Below are positions 38,090-45,340 of a stretch of DNA of 64,000 nucleotides, in pieces (the first letter of the stretch is position 1; the number at the start of each line of letters is the position of its first letter). The notes beneath the pieces are model-generated. The model searched no databases. It saw only the letters and a program-made list of their open reading frames with translations, and was not told the origin of the DNA. The position numbers were made by a program, and so were the translations under genes. The stretch lies in contig JAOQAG010000024.1 in assembly GCA_025963715.1 (NCBI GenBank), positions 1,155-65,154 of the forward strand, given 5' to 3'. Source of the stretch: Bacteroidota bacterium (GTDB taxonomy: Bacteria; Bacteroidota; Bacteroidia; 2-12-FULL-35-15).

Positions 38090-41000
38090 TTATTGCTGTT
38101 TCACCATTTTTTTAGTTTCAATAATTTTACCATCCACTACCAATGTATAGGTATAAATACCATTGGAAAGATCATCGCCAAACACATTTAATTGTCCCGC
38201 TCCTTTTTGTGTTAATTCCGTTGCCTGGATCAATTTGCCTTGCGCATTGTAAAACAAAATTTGTGCTTTACTTACGTTATCCGGTAAAAAATAAGTAATT
38301 ACCGTTTGTTCAGCCCATGGATTTGGCGTGTTCTGATTCAAAACAATGTTTTGTCCGTCGTTTAAATTAACGTGAATAGGAGTTGCATTGCTGGTGCCGT
38401 TCAATGCCTGGTGGCTTGCACAACATGCATTGATCATATCTGATAATACATTGATCTGATTTTGGAGGTTAGTGTTTTGATTTTGCACGTACGTGTTGAT
38501 CGAATCCTGGTGGTGGTTAATATTGCTTACACTATCCAACTTTGCCTGTTGTTCCTGCATGCCTTTCATTAAAATAGCAATAAAAGCATTATAGTTAAGT
38601 GCTTTGTATGTTACAGCAGGATGTACCAATACACCCGCGGTATCGTAATCAGCAGGTTTCACTGTCGAATAAATTAATTCTGGTAATACTGTTTGAACAT
38701 CCTGAGCAATTAAACCGTATTGTTTTTGCCCCGGGAATTTAAAACCGTTTGTATTTGCAGTATCAAGGTAATATTGCCGGGGTTTTAATTGCTTAATAAT
38801 TCCCATAGCGTTGGTAATGGAATCAATGTTTGTTTTAAACATTATATCGGATGTTAAAATATTATTACTGCCGCTAAGTGTTCCATTAAACAGTACATTG
38901 CCTTCAAACCGTCCTGCATAGTTTGTGGTTGCTCCACTTGCCGACGCATAAATCCCGTAAGCCGTATTGCCGCCTGTAGCGGTAGTAAATATGCCGTAAT
39001 TGGTTGCACCGGAAGCAAATCCGATTGCACTAAATACACCACCCTGATTGGTAACAGTGCCATCCATAGCATCGGCTTCAACCCCTGTATTGTTTGGTGC
39101 AGTACCCGATCCTGTAAATAATCCGCCATCATTACCTGTGGATGAGCCCGAAGCGCTTGCGTCCACAGCAATATTATCTCCGCTCCCGGTTTTTGTGGTT
39201 GTAAATTTTCCAGCCTCAAAATCATCGCTGGTGCTTACTTCCAGTTTTGCTATTGTTGGTGCTACTGTACCTATTCCGATTCTGTTTACACCAGCCGTGC
39301 CCGATCCGGTAAACACAATATTGTTATTGTTCATAGGTACTTCGCGGTTATTAAGCAATGCTGCCGGATTTCCCGGCTGCCCTACATCCTGCCCGAAAGC
39401 TACATAATTGGGGGTTATAAGGCTTAAGGATGTTCCGTTATGTGCGCCAGCAACGCCACCCGATGCACTTGCAGGTACGTAGATCACATCCCCGTTTGCA
39501 TCAATTGTGAGCAAACCTGTTCCCGGATTAGGAACGGTTGCCGATGATGTATTTAAGTTTGTAAAACGTAAACCGCTGCTTCCTGTACCACCCGTTCCGG
39601 CAGTAGGACTTACCAGCTGAGAGCTGATCTCCAGTGTGTTTCCGGGAACCATCGTATTGATTCCCATAAACCGCTGCTTTAAAAGTTGCGTGGCTGTATT
39701 GGTCATTGTATTGTCCTTTATAAAAATAGCAAGGTCGCCTGTTTGTGTTTGCGAAAAATCAGAAAACTTGCCAGTCGTCATAGGATTTGCAGGATCCTGC
39801 TGATAGTTGGTTAAGCGGAACAAAGCATCGCCGTTTGAAGCAGCTGTTGTTTTATCGGATAATATTTCCAGCCTCCTTGCCGGATCTTTAAATGGAAATA
39901 AAGGATTGTTGTAAAAATTACCGATCCCCCAGTTGCCAATCGGGCTTATGCGGGCAGTTTCAAGCCCATCCGTACCTGTTGCCGGTGGCGTGCCTGCGCC
40001 GGATGGCGTGGTGGTGGACGTAAAAATAAAACGGAAATAATCGGGCCCGTTACCCGGAGGCAAACCGCTTACCTGGTTATCGCCCCAGTTCAATACGGCA
40101 TCCTGCCGGTCGAAACCGGTGATGGTTCCCGCTTCCTGTTTTAAACCAATGTATACGTTATCGCTCTGGTTGGATACAAACATCCCGATGTCCATCCAGG
40201 AGCGCCATCCGTCGTTGGTAGCACCTTGCACATCATACCCTAAATGCAATAAGCTTAAAGGCCGTGTGATAGGCGTTGTAGGATCGTGGCTGATAGCAAC
40301 ACGTGTGCGGTTAGCCGCTAAACCACCGGGATTAAATGCAACACCGTTGTTTAACGCACCTATCTGTGTAATGCGGATGCGTTCGCCGTTGTTGGAATAC
40401 AAACTCAAACGGTCGTTCTCCTGCTGGTTAATGCGCGCTTCCAGGTTAGTAGCATTGGTAGGCGCATAGCCCACTTTTAAGCCATCGCCAGCCGTTTGCC
40501 CGGTTCCGTTTTGATTGGTAACCTGCATATACACTTGCCTGTTTTGATCCAGGCTAAGATGTAAGAGGGATTGCGGACGAACATAAATTGCCGAGCTGGC
40601 CGGATTTCCAAAAGTATTTCCCAAACCAAATTCGCCCGTAGGCGCAAAACGGGCAATGTGCCTGCCGTCCAGATCGTCTTCCGAATTTAGATTGGGATCA
40701 ATAGTAGTACCCGCACCAAGCCCCATAAAGCGGAAAGCAAAATCGTCGGGTCCTGTTCCGGTCGGATTGGAATTATCGCTCCATGAAACCACCATCTCCG
40801 TTTGATCCTGCCCCGGTACCAATTGCCTGATCCCGAAATACATTAAATCATTGTTACCGGTAAATGTTATCCCCGTTTTCATCCAGGGGCGGTAACCGTA
40901 TTCTTGTGTAAAACCGCCACCAGTAACAGAATTTTGCGGGCCGTTCAAATGTAAAAGTGAGAAAGCGCCCTTTTGTTGATAGATCGGGCCAAGAAAACCT

Positions 41001-41353
41001 TGTGTTTGAGTATTATCCCCCAATAACAAATAACCGCTGGTGTTTACACCAGTGAGATAACCATTGATAGGATATTGAGGTGTGCCCGGAACGCCAAAAT
41101 CTCCGTTTAGTTTTTCACGGAAAGCGCCATTTGTTTGGGTATAAATTGGGGAGTTAAATAATGTACCAAAAATGTTATTGTTACCACCAAAAGGTGTATT
41201 TCCTGCTCGTGACCAAAAGGCGCCGCTATTGGTACCATTAAGCAATACACTGGCAGGATTATTATTTGTTGGATTTTGCTGTGCAATTACATTCTCATGT
41301 AAGCCCAAACCAAAACCCAATAAGGCAATTGTTTTTAATATTTTATTTTTCAT
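38090..41353 (-). CDS. large secreted tail-fibre-like protein: peptidase-S74 intramolecular-chaperone autoprocessing domain plus T9SS type-A C-terminal domain
   Basis: Signal peptide. An ~800-aa G/N/T-rich region. ILTSDIMFKTNIDSI...LKPRQYY...YGLIAQDVQTVLPELIY matches the S74 / endosialidase-chaperone signature. A coiled-coil stretch follows. C-terminal AQILFYNAQGKLI...GIYTYTLVV is a T9SS CTD. Confidence 0.7.
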   Translation of the reverse strand: MKNKILKTIALLGFGLGLHENVIAQQNPTNNNPASVLLNGTNSGAFWSRAGNTPFGGNNNIFGTLFNSPIYTQTNGAFREKLNGDFGVPGTPQYPINGYLTGVNTSGYLLLGDNTQTQGFLGPIYQQKGAFSLLHLNGPQNSVTGGGFTQEYGYRPWMKTGITFTGNNDLMYFGIRQLVPGQDQTEMVVSWSDNSNPTGTGPDDFAFRFMGLGAGTTIDPNLNSEDDLDGRHIARFAPTGEFGLGNTFGNPASSAIYVRPQSLLHLSLDQNRQVYMQVTNQNGTGQTAGDGLKVGYAPTNATNLEARINQQENDRLSLYSNNGERIRITQIGALNNGVAFNPGGLAANRTRVAISHDPTTPITRPLSLLHLGYDVQGATNDGWRSWMDIGMFVSNQSDNVYIGLKQEAGTITGFDRQDAVLNWGDNQVSGLPPGNGPDYFRFIFTSTTTPSGAGTPPATGTDGLETARISPIGNWGIGNFYNNPLFPFKDPARRLEILSDKTTAASNGDALFRLTNYQQDPANPMTTGKFSDFSQTQTGDLAIFIKDNTMTNTATQLLKQRFMGINTMVPGNTLEISSQLVSPTAGTGGTGSSGLRFTNLNTSSATVPNPGTGLLTIDANGDVIYVPASASGGVAGAHNGTSLSLITPNYVAFGQDVGQPGNPAALLNNREVPMNNNNIVFTGSGTAGVNRIGIGTVAPTIAKLEVSTSDDFEAGKFTTTKTGSGDNIAVDASASGSSTGNDGGLFTGSGTAPNNTGVEADAMDGTVTNQGGVFSAIGFASGATNYGIFTTATGGNTAYGIYASASGATTNYAGRFEGNVLFNGTLSGSNNILTSDIMFKTNIDSITNAMGIIKQLKPRQYYLDTANTNGFKFPGQKQYGLIAQDVQTVLPELIYSTVKPADYDTAGVLVHPAVTYKALNYNAFIAILMKGMQEQQAKLDSVSNINHHQDSINTYVQNQNTNLQNQINVLSDMINACCASHQALNGTSNATPIHVNLNDGQNIVLNQNTPNPWAEQTVITYFLPDNVSKAQILFYNAQGKLIQATELTQKGAGQLNVFGDDLSNGIYTYTLVVDGKIIETKKMVKQQ

Positions 41354-41365
41354 ATTGTTAAGTAT

Positions 41366-42319
41366 TTACCTTAACAACTGAATAAAACCTTTTTTTGTTT
41401 GTTTGCTTTTTTGTTCTGATATATAATAATACACACCATTGTTACAATTTATACCTGCGCTCGTTTTACCATCCCAACCTATATTATAACTTCCTTCAAA
41501 TACTTTTAATCCCCAGCGATCATAGATCGTGTATTTATCGCCTTCTTCGATACCAGTGATAAAAAAAAGATCATTTATACCATCGTTGTTGGGTGTAAAA
41601 ACGTTTGAGATTGGTAAGGCATCTTCCAGATCAATGATACTTACATCCTCAACATAATAATAAGAATTCGGAGTAGACGATGGTTGTATTTCAAGCGTAT
41701 CATTTTCTAATGTTGAATCTGAATAATTGCCAATAGTAATGTACTGCTCGTTTCCATTTGCTTTAAAATCCCCGCTAATCAATACCCATCCCGTTGTATC
41801 TGTTATAAAACTACCTGCTGGGTTTTTAATTTGTGGAGAATAATAGCTAAAAGGATATGTATCTGTACGACTGATCGCAGTATTAGAAAGGTAAGCCCCG
41901 ATATTTGAAACAGCATATTGGCTGTAATCCGATAAAGAAACATAAAACGAAACCTGATAAGTATGACCTGATAACATGGGCTGAGATAATTTACTCTGTA
42001 TGTATTCCATCCATATTCCGGAGGACAAATCCATTGCCAAGAAACCGCAATAGCCGTTCCCTGAACGCGCGTATTCATAGCCAATACCATTGGAAGGAAC
42101 ACCCACCAAACCGGTATTACATACATTCAAATAATCGGATGTTGCACCAGTTGGTGTATCCCATCCCAAACAATGAGTAATCTGGTGATCCCAAGGTACC
42201 GAAGGACCAATAGGACAAGTATCATAAATTTCAAAATCTCCATTGTAAACAAGGTTAGTTTGGGCGTTGCAAAACACCGAAGCAAAAACAAAAAATAATA
42301 TGTAAAAGGGTTTATTCAA
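41366..42319 (-). CDS. secreted protein with T9SS type-B (gliding-motility-associated CHU_C-like) C-terminal sorting domain, paralogue 1
   Basis: TTG start. Signal peptide MNKPFYILFFVFASVFCNAQ. C-terminal NVFTPNNDGINDLFFITG...YTIYDRWGLKVFEG...GWDGK...GVYYYI is the type-B CTD signature. Confidence 0.8.
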   Translation of the reverse strand: MNKPFYILFFVFASVFCNAQTNLVYNGDFEIYDTCPIGPSVPWDHQITHCLGWDTPTGATSDYLNVCNTGLVGVPSNGIGYEYARSGNGYCGFLAMDLSSGIWMEYIQSKLSQPMLSGHTYQVSFYVSLSDYSQYAVSNIGAYLSNTAISRTDTYPFSYYSPQIKNPAGSFITDTTGWVLISGDFKANGNEQYITIGNYSDSTLENDTLEIQPSSTPNSYYYVEDVSIIDLEDALPISNVFTPNNDGINDLFFITGIEEGDKYTIYDRWGLKVFEGSYNIGWDGKTSAGINCNNGVYYYISEQKSKQTKKGFIQLLR

Positions 42320-42570
42320 TTATTAAGATTGATTACGTTTTTATCACAAGCATTTTTTAACAGCCATTGTGACTTGTCTGTATCAAATTTAAGGCTTTTA
42401 TCTCATAAATATTTCTCCTTTCTTCTTTAAATAAAAATCTAATAGAAACTGAAAATTAGAACATCTGCATTACATTTCAATGGACACTTTTGATGCTCTG
42501 GGACATTTTCCGGTTTCCAACATGCTCAACAAAACCTAACACTGTAATTTTACTGCAATTATAAGTGTTG

Positions 42571-42593
42571 CCGCGGACAAAATTTGTCCGCGG
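42571..42593. promoter_or_regulatory. perfect 11-bp inverted repeat ccgcggacaaa-a-tttgtccgcgg in the conserved leader, flanked by two direct repeats aacatgctcaaYaaaac
   Basis: Read directly. An identical copy lies at 44088-44110 in the second unit. Confidence 0.5.
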
Positions 42594-42858
42594 TCAATAT
42601 AATTAGGGTTTTCTTTAGCTCTGTGGTATTTTATTGGAATTTGAACATGCTCAATAAAACAGGGCACATTGTTTTTCAAAGATGAGGAGAGAAAAAGAGG
42701 AAGTCAATCCGTAAAAACACGGTATTTTACCCGTAAAAAAACGGGTATGGGTTTTATTTTAATAATAGAAAAAAAAATGAGAATGTTGTTACCTATCCGT
42801 AAGTATAAGGCGAGCTAAGGACCTACTAGTGCAGGTAATTTTCGAAATACAGGTTGTT

Positions 42859-43836
42859 TTACCTTAACAATTGAATAAAACCTTTTTTTGTTTGTTTACC
42901 TTTTTGTTCTGCAATGTAATAATACACACCGTTGCTACAATCTAACCCTGCATTGGTTTTGCCATCCCAGCCTACATTATAACGACCTTCAAATACTTTG
43001 ACACCCCAACGATCATAAATTATATATTTGTCGATTTCTTCTAAACCTGTGATTAGAAAGAGATCATTTTCCCCATCACTGTTTGGTGTAAAAACATTTG
43101 CAATAGGCTTCTGATCTGTTATATCAAAGGTACTTCCACCATCCACAAAATAATAAGCATTTGGTACATCAGTATTGTGTAAAACAGTAAGCGTATCGGT
43201 CGTTATTGAATCCTTAAAATTACCAATAGTAATATATTCTTCTCCTCCCAATGCGCTATAATCACCCGAAATTAATGTCCATGATGTCGTATCGTTTAAA
43301 AACACGCCGACAGGGCTTGTAATTTGCGGCACATAGTTTAGTGGTGCAGGGCTACAACTATTACCAACAGGAGTATTCGAGATATAAAAACCAAGTTGTC
43401 CAACAGCAATATTTGAATTATTACCTAAGGAAACATAAAATCCAATACGGTAGATATGCCCTGCAACAAGAGGACTGATGAATTTCCCCTGTATGTACTC
43501 CCACCAAAAACTTCCATTATAACATCCGCCACCACTTAAAGTGTAAGCATAAAAACCACAATAGCCGTTTCCGGAATAGGGCATTTGATAACCAAATCCA
43601 TTGGCTGGAATTGCGACGGTTGATGTATTGCAAGTATTCAAATAATCTGATGTTGCATAGGTCGGTGCTTTCCATCCTAAACAATGCTCTATTTCATAAG
43701 GAATAGAAAAGGGGCTGGATGGGCCAACAGGGCAAACGTCATACATCTCAAAATCCCCATTGTAAACAAGGTTCGTTTGAGCCTTGCAGAACACTGAAGC
43801 AAAAACAAAAAATAATATGTAAAAGGTTTTATTCAA
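42859..43836 (-). CDS. secreted protein with T9SS type-B C-terminal sorting domain, paralogue 2
   Basis: N-terminus and C-terminus are near-identical to paralogue 1. The central ~200 aa are about 50-60% identical. Confidence 0.8.
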   Translation of the reverse strand: MNKTFYILFFVFASVFCKAQTNLVYNGDFEMYDVCPVGPSSPFSIPYEIEHCLGWKAPTYATSDYLNTCNTSTVAIPANGFGYQMPYSGNGYCGFYAYTLSGGGCYNGSFWWEYIQGKFISPLVAGHIYRIGFYVSLGNNSNIAVGQLGFYISNTPVGNSCSPAPLNYVPQITSPVGVFLNDTTSWTLISGDYSALGGEEYITIGNFKDSITTDTLTVLHNTDVPNAYYFVDGGSTFDITDQKPIANVFTPNSDGENDLFLITGLEEIDKYIIYDRWGVKVFEGRYNVGWDGKTNAGLDCSNGVYYYIAEQKGKQTKKGFIQLLR

Positions 43837-44087
43837 TTGTTAAGATTGATTACGTTTTTATCACAAGCATTTTTTAACAGCCATTGTGACTTGCCTGTAT
43901 CAAATTTAAGGCTTTTATCTCATAAATATTTCTCCTTTCTTCTTTAAATAAAAATCTAATAGAAATTGAAAATTAGAACATCTGCATTACATTTCAATGG
44001 ACACTTTTTGATCTCTGGGACATTTTCCGGTTTCCAACATGCTCAACAAAACCTAACACTGTAATTTTACTACAATTATAAGTGTTG

Positions 44088-44110
44088 CCGCGGACAAAAT
44101 TTGTCCGCGG
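44088..44110. promoter_or_regulatory. second copy of the 11-bp perfect inverted repeat
   Basis: ccgcggacaaaatttgtccgcgg. Confidence 0.5.
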
Positions 44111-44342
44111 TCAATATAATTAGGGTTTTCTTTAGCTCTATGGTATTTTATTGGAATTTGAACATGCTCAATAAAACAGGGCACATTGTTTTTCAAAGAT
44201 GAGGAGAGAAAAAGAGGATATCAATCCGTAAAAACACGGTATTTTACCAGTAAGAAAACGGGTGTTCTTTTTTTATATCTTTACAAGAAGCATTTATACC
44301 TGTTACCATTACAATACAAAGCATACTAACCACAACCACAAA

Positions 44343-45173
44343 ATGAAAAAACACCGCCTCCTCCTTATCTGTTTTTGCCTTTTTACTTCTTTTATAAAAA
44401 GCCAGGAAAACAATACAGCCCAGGCTACTGCTTTTTATAAAACAGCACAGCACAAAGTGGAGCTGGAACAATATGATTCGGCTACTTATTATTTTGGCCG
44501 TGCAATTGATTTACATTATCCCGATAAAAAGGTATACGGCAATCGTGGTGTAAATGAATCCCGGCAAGAGAAATATGCCGAAGCACTTATTGATTACGAT
44601 ACCGCGTTAAAATACATGCCGGATAATGCACTGCTATTATGTAACAAAGGAATTGCGCTTGCACGCTTAAAAAGAAATGAGGAAGCCATTACGTATTTTA
44701 ACCTTGCACTTAAAATCGACAGTACCGATGCTGAAACATACAGCTGCCGGGGCGTTACTTACCAGGAAATGAATGATAGCATTGCTGCCCTTAAAGATTA
44801 CAACCATGCGATCATCTTGAGTCCCAATTTTGCCGATTATTATTACAACAGAGCGCGCCTGTTTAAAGATTCGAAGCTGGCCATTAAAGATTACGAAAAG
44901 GCAATTAAACTGGAGCCGGGTATGTATGATGCTTATTATAACCTTGGGGTAGTATATCTTAACACAGATAAATTTAAGAATGCCATCAGCATATTTCAAA
45001 AAGCATTACTGCTTACAACCGATCATAAAGCAGAAGTAAATTATGAGCTGGCAGAATGTTATTGGTATTCCAACAAAAATGATAAAGCGTGTGTTTATTT
45101 CAAACTAGCATTATCATTGGGCTATACCGGGGAAATTGCAAAAGACCTGCAGGAATATTGCAATGGTAAATAG
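44343..45173 (+). CDS. TPR-repeat protein with signal peptide
   Basis: MKKHRLLLICFCLFTSFIKSQ, then about 7 TPR units (AxxYxxAL...P). Confidence 0.75.
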   Translation: MKKHRLLLICFCLFTSFIKSQENNTAQATAFYKTAQHKVELEQYDSATYYFGRAIDLHYPDKKVYGNRGVNESRQEKYAEALIDYDTALKYMPDNALLLCNKGIALARLKRNEEAITYFNLALKIDSTDAETYSCRGVTYQEMNDSIAALKDYNHAIILSPNFADYYYNRARLFKDSKLAIKDYEKAIKLEPGMYDAYYNLGVVYLNTDKFKNAISIFQKALLLTTDHKAEVNYELAECYWYSNKNDKACVYFKLALSLGYTGEIAKDLQEYCNGK

Positions 45174-45340
45174 TAAAGCCCCTTCAGACCCAACCAACGC
45201 TTTTGTTTTTTTCCACTGTTTTTAAAAAACAACCCGTCTTAACAAAAAGCTGATCTAATGATTCCTTTATCGTAATTGTTTTTTCTTAAAATTTGTAATA
45301 TATTAGCGTGGATAACCACATAAACAGTTTTTACATTCGA

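Larger units (their letters stand above)
41355..44290. repeat. tandem duplication: 2 x ~1.47-kb units, each a type-B T9SS cargo gene plus ~400-bp upstream region
   Basis: Upstream regions 42320-42725 and 43837-44240 are about 98% identical. The coding ends are ~85-90% identical. The central coding part is diverged. Confidence 0.85.

Noticed and set aside
42470-42530. 19-codon uORF (MDTFDALGHFPVSNMLNKT) in the conserved leader
   Set aside because: It is on the strand opposite to the downstream gene. The second copy of the leader carries frame-breaking indels, so it is not conserved as coding.
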